The notes under the pieces were generated by a model, which was given only the letters and a program-made list of their open reading frames with translations, had not been told where the DNA came from and ran no database searches. The position numbers were made by a program, and so were the translations under genes. A stretch of 32,000 nucleotides of DNA from Candidatus Kuenenia stuttgartensis (GTDB lineage Bacteria > Planctomycetota > Brocadiia > Brocadiales > Brocadiaceae): positions 3,180,001 through 3,212,000 of the forward strand of contig NZ_LT934425.1 in NCBI RefSeq assembly GCF_900232105.1. Reading direction: 5' to 3'. The first letter of the stretch is position 1, and every line of letters begins with the position of its first letter. Below are positions 1 to 7,842 of the stretch, piece after piece.

Positions 1-1
1 T

Positions 2-343
2 TCACAGGCGGGAGCAGATGCCGTCATCATTGTCTCTGAAAACAAGATGGGTCTTTTTCGGACGACGCAAAAAAGGGTTCTATTAAAGGAAATGGTGGAA
101 ACCTATCTCAGGGATTTCGATATAATAATACTTGAAGGATATAAGACAGAACCCATTCCCAAAATAGAAGTCTTTAGGACAGAGAACGGCGATCAGATGG
201 TGTGCCGGGATGATGAACATTTAATTGCTGTAATAGGTGATAAAGACCCAATAATGAATGTACCTTATTTGCATATTGATGCGGATGTTCGAAAGATTGT
301 GGATTTTATTATGTCATATCTGAAAATAAATGTATCTGTATAA
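2..343 (+). CDS. mobB: Molybdopterin-guanine dinucleotide biosynthesis protein MobB, C-terminal part (5' end outside window)
   Basis: Open frame runs from the window edge (SQAGADAVIIVSENKMGLFRTT...) through motif FDIIILEGYKTEPIPKIEVFR, typical of MobB; stop at 341-343. Confidence 0.8.
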   Translation, partial: SQAGADAVIIVSENKMGLFRTTQKRVLLKEMVETYLRDFDIIILEGYKTEPIPKIEVFRTENGDQMVCRDDEHLIAVIGDKDPIMNVPYLHIDADVRKIVDFIMSYLKINVSV

Positions 344-409
344 AACCCTGCAACAGCCTGCATAAATTACCCACGGCAGGTTCAGAAAGAGCGGAAGGAC
401 AAAATCAAT

Positions 410-919
410 ATGAACAAAAGTAAAACAATCTGGTTTCTTATTGTGATAATAGCGGTTATTTGTTTCACATCGCAAAAAAGGGGAACGGCTGAAATGCCCG
501 GCATAAATGAAAAAATAAATGCGCAGAGATTATGGGAGTATATGACAAAAGAAAATCCCTACAAATGCTATCCGGCATGGCCAGGTAAAGAGGGCATTTA
601 TGAGAGCACTATGCCTCCCGGTGATATTCTGCGGCTGTATATAAACGACCTTGCCCTGGATACCGTTGTCAACAAAAAGAGAATATTTCCCAACGGCTCT
701 CTCCTGATAAAAGAAATCTATACAGAAGAAAATAAGTTGTCTTTGCTTACCGTGATGTATAAAGAGAAGGGATTTAATCCGCAAGGAAATGATTGGTACT
801 GGGTAAAATACGGCCACGATGGGGAAGTTAAATTGGAAGGAAGGGTCGGGCTATGTATAGAATGCCATGTGGGCGTTGCAGATAATGACTATGTATTCAC
901 GGGAAGTATAAAGAAATAA
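410..919 (+). CDS. Cytochrome P460-like exported c-type heme protein
   Basis: N-terminal hydrophobic signal (MNKSKTIWFLIVIIAVICF), single CxxCH (CIECH) near the C-terminus at nt 854-868, followed by ADNDYVFTG as in the P460 family. Confidence 0.7.
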   Translation: MNKSKTIWFLIVIIAVICFTSQKRGTAEMPGINEKINAQRLWEYMTKENPYKCYPAWPGKEGIYESTMPPGDILRLYINDLALDTVVNKKRIFPNGSLLIKEIYTEENKLSLLTVMYKEKGFNPQGNDWYWVKYGHDGEVKLEGRVGLCIECHVGVADNDYVFTGSIKK

Positions 920-1058
920 AAAGCGTGAATGGTAACGTTAATATTAATCAAACCAATGAAATAAGGCATTCTCGATCTTTGAACAAAACTCGTTGGTTAG
1001 TAAGAATTAGAATTAAACCACACAGTGTAACTATTCAGCGTAAGCGATACACGGCTCG

Positions 1059-1080
1059 TTCCCAAACTCCAGTTTGGGAA
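1059..1080. repeat. Perfect short hairpin TTCCCAAACT-CC-AGTTTGGGAA in intergenic region
   Basis: 10-bp perfect arms with a 2-nt loop; no T-tract after it, so not an obvious intrinsic terminator. Confidence 0.6.
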
Positions 1081-1174
1081 TGCATTTGTTCAAGAAACTC
1101 CGGTTTCTCGCCCGTTTGCTGATAGATAGGGAATAAAATCACAGGGTTAAGACAGTTTGTAATTTGTCAAGTTT

Positions 1175-1861
1175 TTAAAGGATATCGCGTATATCCTTCA
1201 GGCCTATTGGTTCGTGGCTCGCAAATGGTTCTCCGTAGTCAACGTGAATAAGGCCTCCATAATAACCGTTCCTTTCCTTAATCATCGTGCTGATGTATTT
1301 CCACCTGGCAGCATCGTACACAAACTGTGATTGATACACGCGCATACTATCGAGTTTTCGTACAAATTCATTGCTTATATCTAAAATAAACGATGGATTG
1401 ATAGTTACATTTAAGTGATAGCAGAAATAATAAAAGATGTGTGATGGATAGAATGGTTCTCCCGGAATTTCTGACTTGCTGAGCTTTGCATAAAAACGGG
1501 ATGCCTCTCCGATTTTAGATGCTTGAACGTGGTCAGGATGGGCGTCAACCCAGTAAGGCAAAAATACAATCTCCGGGCGTATTTTACGGATTACCCCGGC
1601 GACTTCTTTGCGAACTTCTATGCCGTCCATAAGATAACGGTTGGGGAATTTTAATACCGTTCTGCTCTTTATTCCCAGCAGATTTGAAGAACGCTCCCAC
1701 TCTTCTTTCCGTGTTTCAATGCTACCATATGGGGTGGGCTCACCGTTTGTCAGATCAACAATGTGAACGTCGTAACCAAGCGAAACAAATTTAAGAATAC
1801 TTCCGCCCATACCTATTTCCACATCATCAGGATGTGGTCCAATGGCAAGAATCGTAGACAT
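1175..1861 (-). CDS. LmbE/PIG-L family N-acetylglucosamine deacetylase, resembling bacillithiol biosynthesis deacetylase BshB1
   Basis: MSTILAIGPHPDDVEIGMGGSI (HPDD zinc motif), LTNGEPTPYGS, HPDHVQAS motif. Confidence 0.8.
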   Translation of the reverse strand: MSTILAIGPHPDDVEIGMGGSILKFVSLGYDVHIVDLTNGEPTPYGSIETRKEEWERSSNLLGIKSRTVLKFPNRYLMDGIEVRKEVAGVIRKIRPEIVFLPYWVDAHPDHVQASKIGEASRFYAKLSKSEIPGEPFYPSHIFYYFCYHLNVTINPSFILDISNEFVRKLDSMRVYQSQFVYDAARWKYISTMIKERNGYYGGLIHVDYGEPFASHEPIGLKDIRDIL

Positions 1862-1981
1862 ATTATGGCCCTTTAAAAATTATCGGTAGAGAAACAGATT
1901 CAGAGATAACAATAGTACCTTAAAAGTTATTTATTTACAGTATTTGGCAAAATATTTAATGGTGAAATCCGAAATGCTAAA

Positions 1982-2177
1982 TACGAAACCCGAAACAAAT
2001 TCCAAAATCTTCCCCTTATCCCCCTCCAAGGGGAGAATGTTCCCCGCTTGCGGGGGTGCAAGGGGTGGTTGTCCCCCTTTGGAGTGGGGTCGGGGAGGAT
2101 TTTGGAATTTGTTTCGTATTTCACGCTTCGTATTTTTTATCTCGTGTTTGTTTGGTTCAGGCTATGCCAGCATAGGG
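1982..2177 (+). repeat. Composite palindromic intergenic repeat (family 1, copy A)
   Basis: CGAAACAAATTCCAAAATCTTCCCC (1991-2015) is inverted as GGGGAGGATTTTGGAATTTGTTTCG (2092-2116), 24/25 match; the tail GTTTCGTATTTC..TTCGTATTTTTTATCTCGTG..TTGTTT.GTTC.GGCTATGCCAG recurs inverted at 17174-17252. Confidence 0.75.
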
Positions 2178-2267
2178 TACGACAATTTTCGGAAAATATT
2201 GCCACTTATGTAAAGTCATAACCACCACTTGATTCCATGCCTTGAAAAATAGGGCAGGGAATGGCTA

Positions 2268-3590
2268 TTATTCCGTTTCAAATTTTCCTTCTTTATGGGT
2301 GTATTTCGGGTTGTCAAGTTCTGCTGATCTGAGAATAAATTCGGTGTCTGAAATTTTAGTGTACCAATGCCCGGTTACCCTTGCAGTATTTGTCAGGATA
2401 ATAAAGAAACCGACCAACATCGCTGCATACAGCCAATAGTTAATCTTTTTCCTTTTTCCTGCAAGTTTCATATCCAATGCGCCGTTTACCGGGCAAACAT
2501 TGACACAATCGTAACATGCAAGACATTCATGGGTGAGAACGTGGTCCTTCTTTTCAACGACAATATATGACGGGCATGCCTTCGTGCATTTTCCGCAATC
2601 AATACATTTTTCTTTGTCCCTGGTTATTGTAAAAGGGCTTATGTATGCAAGGATGCCGAGAATGGCGCCATACGGACAAAAAAATCTGCACCAAAAATTC
2701 TTGCTTACTACCGATAGCATCAAAAAAACAAGCACCACAACAAGGCCAATACCTGACAGATTAACAAAAAACTTTAACATCTTTATATCGGCGACCCGCA
2801 TAAAAGGCGCACGTTCGTATAAAACTTCCAGTTGCTCAACAGGTATTTTTATAACAACCATCTGTAGGAAAAAGGCGAGGATTGAATATTTCCATGCCCT
2901 TGCAATGCAGTCATTTACTTTATCAGACCAATATTTTCGCGGAACGGCGAAAGGCAGGATCATTGCAACAATAAAGGCAGGGATCAGTTCCCTGAAGAAA
3001 GGGGATTTGAAAAACTCCATAGTGATGACTTCCAGGAGCATTAAAATGATAATGGGGGTAAAAACCAGACTCAGCCCTGCCGTAAAACGGGTAGGGATAT
3101 TACGTATTAAGGAACTGACCCGCCTGGGGAGTTTGTTCAAAAATAAATCGCCAAGTTTCCACTCCCATTCAGAAATAGTGCCAACGGGACACATCCAACT
3201 GCAAAAACCCCTTCTAAAAAAAACGGCCATCAACAACAATGTTCCAAAAATAACAAACCCTGCAGGGTGGATGTCATTAATTTTGCCTGTTCCGAAAAAG
3301 TACTTTGTCCCCATAAGAGCGCTTATCGGCAGGAATGATTCAACTCCTGGCGGCCTTGGCAGATAAAATCCTTTCCCGCCCGCCTCACAATATGCAACAA
3401 AGGTATAAAATTGCCAGCCAATGACAATAACTAAAATTAAAAATGCTATCTGAACAGACCAGCGCAGCTTTTGAGAAGTGAATTTTTTGCGCTTTCGCTG
3501 CCCCCTTTTTGTAGTGTCAAAACAAATATCTGCACTCTTCGTTACTTTTATAGTTTCGGTTGTTGAATACCATTGTTTCACCTCTTCCAA
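2268..3590 (-). CDS. CcoG/NapH-like membrane polyferredoxin (4Fe-4S)
   Basis: Multiple TM segments, CSWMCPVG and CRFFCPYG motifs, then CIDCGKCTKACP and CLACYDCVNVCP. The tracked ORF starts at 3638, but its first codons lie in an IS terminus; a TTG at 3590-3588 with upstream AAGGGAGG is a better start. Confidence 0.8.
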   Translation of the reverse strand: MEEVKQWYSTTETIKVTKSADICFDTTKRGQRKRKKFTSQKLRWSVQIAFLILVIVIGWQFYTFVAYCEAGGKGFYLPRPPGVESFLPISALMGTKYFFGTGKINDIHPAGFVIFGTLLLMAVFFRRGFCSWMCPVGTISEWEWKLGDLFLNKLPRRVSSLIRNIPTRFTAGLSLVFTPIIILMLLEVITMEFFKSPFFRELIPAFIVAMILPFAVPRKYWSDKVNDCIARAWKYSILAFFLQMVVIKIPVEQLEVLYERAPFMRVADIKMLKFFVNLSGIGLVVVLVFLMLSVVSKNFWCRFFCPYGAILGILAYISPFTITRDKEKCIDCGKCTKACPSYIVVEKKDHVLTHECLACYDCVNVCPVNGALDMKLAGKRKKINYWLYAAMLVGFFIILTNTARVTGHWYTKISDTEFILRSAELDNPKYTHKEGKFETE

Positions 3591-3631
3591 ACAGCAAGCC
3601 TCCCTTAATTGTGATCTTTTAATATAAAAAT

Positions 3632-5012
3632 GCCTCATCCGCAGAATCTGTGGGTAAGTATTGGTTCCGGCAAATTACCAAGAGTATGATACAAGGCTGT
3701 TTGCAGGCATTCCAGAGATTTATAACCATAAGCCTTTCTCATAGTCAGTTTCGCCTTAAGGTTAAACCCCTCAACCGTACCGGAAGAAAGTCTGCCATCA
3801 GCCTTGAACCAGTTGAGAATGAGCTGCTTGTGATTGCGCAACATCTTTGCCACTTTTTTCATAGGTTCCAGGTTGGTTTTTAGGGTTCTCGTAATCCAGT
3901 TCTCGAGAAACCTGTCTGCATACGCCGGATACTTATACTCCCAAAAACGCTGAAAATCTTCACGCATTAAATATGCCTTTATTGAACTCAGGTTGATCTT
4001 AACTATCTGGCTTAACCGTACCGTTTGCTTTTCTGTCAAGTTCTCAGGCCTTTTCAACAGTAACCAACGGCTCTTTTCCAAAACATTGTCTGTGCCTTCA
4101 TCCTTGAGCTTTTTGACCTCTTCCCTCCGTATCTGGTCTATGGCTTCATTGAATTTCTTCATGATGTGGAAACGGTCAAGAATATTAAGCGCCTGGGAAG
4201 CCTTCTTCGCTATCACCTTCAGGTACGGCGACCACATATCGCTGCAAACGAATTTGATTCTCAGACAACGTTCTCTACCTAACTCCATGAAAAACTTCAG
4301 CAGGGTCTTTGCCTTCCGCTCAGGGCCACTCCATAAAAGCCTTTTGGCATGCGAATCAAGCTGATATACAAGGGTTAAATACTTGTGGCCACTCCAGACT
4401 TGTATCTCGTCTATTCCTATTTCCGTTATATTCTCCAAGTCCCTGTGGGCAAGGCCGTAGGCAACTACAAACTGCACTGCCCTATACACACTGTCCCAAC
4501 TGGACTTGAATATCTCGGCTGTCTCTTTCCAACTCAGGCGTTTAGCCCATCGAGACAGGAATACCTTGTATGTGGTGGTCATCTGCTCCTTACCTTCTGA
4601 CCAGGGAATTCGCTCTACATGGATTCCGTCCACTGGACAGGCGGCGCGTCGCGGGGAATATCGGAAAAATACTTGAAACCCCCATAATGGCGGATACTCG
4701 TATAACCGGGACGGCTGTGTATCATACCCAGACGCTCTCTTCCCACATACTGAACATTCAGGCTTGGCATTTACCCTCGGCTTTATATCTGCTACTAATG
4801 CCTTTCTACCATTTATGACCTCGAAACTGACTGCTTTGTAAACAAATGACTTGAAATTCTCTACCGTATTTAATAATGTCTTTATCTGCATTGCCTCTCC
4901 TTTTGGGTTAAGATGCTTTCTTGATAAAAAACATCTTACTCCCTTTGGGATGGCAATGCACCTTTTCTCTTACTAATCCTTACTTATTACCCACAGATTC
5001 TGCGGACGAGCC
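3632..5012 (-). mobile_element. ISL3-family insertion sequence, complete (1381 bp), with 8-bp TSD
   Basis: TIRs GCCTCATCCGCAGAATCTGTGGGTAA (3632-3657) and the reverse complement of 4987-5012, GGCTCGTCCGCAGAATCTGTGGGTAA (24/26); identical TSD ATAAAAAT at 3624-3631 and 5013-5020; encodes an ISL3-type transposase. Confidence 0.93.
3635..4891 (-). CDS. ISL3 family transposase (IS204/IS1001/IS1096/IS1165 type)
   Basis: N-terminal CSVCGKRASGYDTQ zinc-finger-like region, GIDEIQVWSGHKYLTLVYQLD, VCSDMWSPYLKVIAKKASQALNILDRFHIMKK, and C-terminal SSGTVEGFNLKAKLTMRKAYGYKS. Confidence 0.95.
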   Translation of the reverse strand: MQIKTLLNTVENFKSFVYKAVSFEVINGRKALVADIKPRVNAKPECSVCGKRASGYDTQPSRLYEYPPLWGFQVFFRYSPRRAACPVDGIHVERIPWSEGKEQMTTTYKVFLSRWAKRLSWKETAEIFKSSWDSVYRAVQFVVAYGLAHRDLENITEIGIDEIQVWSGHKYLTLVYQLDSHAKRLLWSGPERKAKTLLKFFMELGRERCLRIKFVCSDMWSPYLKVIAKKASQALNILDRFHIMKKFNEAIDQIRREEVKKLKDEGTDNVLEKSRWLLLKRPENLTEKQTVRLSQIVKINLSSIKAYLMREDFQRFWEYKYPAYADRFLENWITRTLKTNLEPMKKVAKMLRNHKQLILNWFKADGRLSSGTVEGFNLKAKLTMRKAYGYKSLECLQTALYHTLGNLPEPILTHRFCG

Positions 5013-5023
5013 ATAAAAATAAA

Positions 5024-5150
5024 GTAGGGTCGAAGTATTTGCCCGTTTGGGTATGAACGCATTTATGACAATTTACAGCGAATGCTTCGCCCCCACACTA
5101 TGCTGCAAACAGCGCTATTATTAGAATTTTTCAAAAGACTAAAGTGTTAT
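5024..5150 (+). repeat. MITE-like palindromic repeat (family 2), decayed copy lacking the left arm
   Basis: AGGGTCGAAGTATTTGC...GCGAATGCTTCGCCCCCACACTATGCTGCAAAC...TTTTTCAAAAGACTAAAGTGTTATAA matches the right part of the 21080-21199 element. Confidence 0.65.
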
Positions 5151-5218
5151 AAAATTATGATAATCGAAATCAACCTTTATCTGCAAGTATTTTGATTTTG
5201 CATACTGCAGTAAGGAGG

Positions 5219-5656
5219 TTAACAAATCTTCAGCAGGGACATTCCCAGCGCCGGGTCAAATTCACGTACTGCATCTATTCCACAGAGTTCTAAAATAACA
5301 ACTTCAAGCACAAGGAATGTTTCAGTTTTTTCCCTGAGACAACCAACTTTTACCGCATCACCCTTTCCGAATGCGCCATGCAAATGAACCTTTGGTTCCT
5401 CTCCCTGATAAAATACTGTGCCAAAACCCACTACTTCATGGCTTTCTCCAAGTTCTCTCCACATGGGCACCGGCGGGAGTGTATCGCTTTCAGCACCGAC
5501 GACAAATTTACCTTCACGCATACCACCAACTAAATAAAGGACTGCTGCCAGGATTTTCTCCTTTTTTATTATGTGAATCACATTTTTCAACACATCTTCA
5601 CCGTCCTCAAATTTGGCGACAACAACTTTTCCTATATTGCCAACACGGTATTTCAT
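5219..5656 (-). CDS. DUF296 / PPC domain DNA-binding-like protein
   Basis: FEDGEDVLKNVIHIIKKEKILAAVLYLVGGMREGKFVVG and PKVHLHGAFGKGDAVKVGCL, typical of the DUF296/PPC fold. Confidence 0.8.
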   Translation of the reverse strand: MKYRVGNIGKVVVAKFEDGEDVLKNVIHIIKKEKILAAVLYLVGGMREGKFVVGAESDTLPPVPMWRELGESHEVVGFGTVFYQGEEPKVHLHGAFGKGDAVKVGCLREKTETFLVLEVVILELCGIDAVREFDPALGMSLLKIC

Positions 5657-5741
5657 ACAAACATTTTCCTCCCTACATTAAAAAATGCGTCAAGTTTTGC
5701 CAAATTACAAAAAGCAATGATAAAAATGTAAATTAATCTAA

Positions 5742-7800
5742 CCCCCTTTCCGGAAAGATTTCAACAAAATCCTTATTTTAAGCGGGTTTCCACAAATTCA
5801 AAATAATATGTAGTCGCAGAATAAATGGCCTATTTATTAATACAAATCCTTTATAACCCTATAAATACTGACTTGACAAAATATTTTATTAATGATAGTG
5901 TAGTCAAAGAATATTGGGACTACATTATGCACCTTACTTATAGCGATTCTAAATACAAAGGGAAAACCTATAAATCTTACTCTATTGCCGAATCCTACAG
6001 GGATGGCAAAAAGGTCAGAAAAAGAATACTTTGGCCCATCGGGAAACTTTCCGATATTCAAGCCGAGCAAATCAAACTGATATGTAAAACAGTTGAAAAC
6101 ACAGATCAATTGCAGACTCAGCTCAAAGACGTTGCAGTCCTGGAAAGCAGGGCATATCTCGATATAGCCGTTGTTAATGAGTTGTGGAACCAGTGGCAGC
6201 TTGATCAGGCTTTTGACTACGATGTCACTGCAGGCGCCCTTCCTACCAATATGATTGCAAAGATACTGACTATTAACAGGTGCACCGATCCGTGTTCTCA
6301 TTATTCCATTCCTCATTGGGCGAAAAAGAGCGCGCTGGAGGACATTCTTAAAATTGATCTTTCAGGCCTAAATGACGATAAAATCTATTATGAATTAGAT
6401 AAAATACACAAAAACAAAATATCTATAGAGAACCACCTTTTTAACCAAACCTTCTGGAAACGTCCGGAATCCTATAAATTTATCAACTACGACCTAACTA
6501 CTTCCTACTTTGTGGGATATAACTGTGATCTATCGGCATTTGGCAAGGGCAAAATAGAGTGTCATGGCAGGCGGCAGGTCTTACTGGGTGTTCTTATCAA
6601 CTCTGAGGGATATCCTTTCAAATGGGATGTATTCCCCGGGAACACCGCTGAGGTAAAAACCCTCAAACAGAATATCAATGCCTGTAAAACCAGATTCAAA
6701 TTGACTGATAAAAACGTCACCCTTGTATTTGACAGAGGCATAATCTCTGAGGACAATGCCAATTTGATAGAAGAAGCCAAACTCAAATACATCTCGGCAT
6801 TGGATAGAAATCAGATACCCTCTTGCGGTGTCAGTTTAAAGTCTCTTAATGGGTTATCCATAGAAGATAAGGACGCCTCCGATATACCTATCCCGCAAGG
6901 GTTTTTAAACTATGATGATGAATTATACTACCATGACAATGGCGTCATAGGAAACAAGCGTTTTATTACCGGTTTTAATCCCACTTTATTTATAGAAGAC
7001 CGCAATAATAGAGACGAGAAAATAACCTTTTTTAAGGATTATCTCAAAGAAGAGAATAAAAACCTTAAAAATGCCCAAAGAGACCGGCAATATGACGCAA
7101 CAAAGAGCCGCATTGTAGATGAGCTGAAAAGGTTAAAGATTCATAAATATTTCGAAGACCCTGTTCTGACGTCCATCACCGTTACCCATAGACTGAAAAA
7201 CGGGCAGGTCAAATCCGTCAAAAGTTTCAAAATAGAAATCAAGCTGTTAACTGATGTTATAGCCGCAGATAGATTGTTGGATGGCGTATGTGTTTTTATC
7301 ACTAACCATACAGAACGGGAAGATGGAGGTGCGTTTAAAGCAAAACCCCAATCTATAGTTAGAGCCTATCGGGACAAGACAAAAATAGAAGATGTCTTTA
7401 AAAATGTAAAATCGTTCTTAAAAATCAGGCCCTTCTTTGTCAATACCGAGGCACATGTTAAAGCCGTCTATACTATCTGCATCCTGGCATATTTTATAAA
7501 CCGTTATCTATCAAACCAACGAAAGGCAATAGGAGAAAAAGATTTTTTAAACTCAAAGGAACTCTATGCGCCGTTCAAAGATATAGATATCGCCACTCTT
7601 GAGGCTAAAAATACCGGTGAAACCTTAAAGAAAGCCGTGAAACTTCCCGCCGTCACACAAATGCTATTGGAAAAACTTGGAATGTCCAATGTTGTTTTCG
7701 GCCAGTAATTAAAAGACTTCCAAAAGACATGTAGTCGCAGAATCAATGTTTATAAGTGTTTGCCAAATTTGACTTTAGTAATTTCTTTCCGGAACATGGG
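5742..7800 (+). mobile_element. IS1634-like (IS4 superfamily) insertion sequence, complete (2059 bp)
   Basis: Left end CCCCCTTTCCGGAAAGATTTCAACAAAATC against right end (reverse complement) CCCATGTTCCGGAAAGAAATTACTAAAGTC: 22/30 identical including the 11-bp core TTCCGGAAAGA. Flanking direct repeat ATCTAA at 5736-5741 and 7801-7806. Internal IS1634-type transposase. Confidence 0.8.
5825..7708 (+). CDS. IS1634-family DDE transposase (true start may be ATG 5927)
   Basis: YKSYSIAESYRDGKKVRKRILWPIGKLS, YDLTTSYFVGY, LLGVLINSEGYPFKWDVFPGNTAEVKTL, VFDRGIISEDN, and YRDKTKIEDVFKNVKSFLKIRPFFVNTEAHVKAVYTICILAYFI. Confidence 0.9.
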   Translation: MAYLLIQILYNPINTDLTKYFINDSVVKEYWDYIMHLTYSDSKYKGKTYKSYSIAESYRDGKKVRKRILWPIGKLSDIQAEQIKLICKTVENTDQLQTQLKDVAVLESRAYLDIAVVNELWNQWQLDQAFDYDVTAGALPTNMIAKILTINRCTDPCSHYSIPHWAKKSALEDILKIDLSGLNDDKIYYELDKIHKNKISIENHLFNQTFWKRPESYKFINYDLTTSYFVGYNCDLSAFGKGKIECHGRRQVLLGVLINSEGYPFKWDVFPGNTAEVKTLKQNINACKTRFKLTDKNVTLVFDRGIISEDNANLIEEAKLKYISALDRNQIPSCGVSLKSLNGLSIEDKDASDIPIPQGFLNYDDELYYHDNGVIGNKRFITGFNPTLFIEDRNNRDEKITFFKDYLKEENKNLKNAQRDRQYDATKSRIVDELKRLKIHKYFEDPVLTSITVTHRLKNGQVKSVKSFKIEIKLLTDVIAADRLLDGVCVFITNHTEREDGGAFKAKPQSIVRAYRDKTKIEDVFKNVKSFLKIRPFFVNTEAHVKAVYTICILAYFINRYLSNQRKAIGEKDFLNSKELYAPFKDIDIATLEAKNTGETLKKAVKLPAVTQMLLEKLGMSNVVFGQ

Positions 7801-7842
7801 ATCTAATGCATTTATCCTGTTCATTCCTGTTTCTGTTTTGTG

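Noticed and set aside
925-1122. 65-aa ORF in the region after the P460-like gene
   Set aside because: Covers the intergenic hairpin region, has no recognisable domain, and its low-complexity R/S/T-rich translation looks like non-coding repeat DNA.
1927-2213. Overlapping small ORFs on both strands (1927-2124 -, 1944-2213 +)
   Set aside because: They lie entirely within palindromic repeat family 1; the coding appearance comes from translated repeat sequence.
2533-3366. 277-aa plus-strand ORF
   Set aside because: Antisense to the well-supported polyferredoxin gene; translation has no domain features.
5808-7743. ATGTAGTCGCAGAAT direct repeats as a long target-site duplication of the IS1634-like element
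   Set aside because: Matching inverted termini and a clean 6-bp ATCTAA duplication lie farther out (5736-5741/7801-7806), and no inverted termini abut the 15-bp repeats, so the repeats are internal to the IS.
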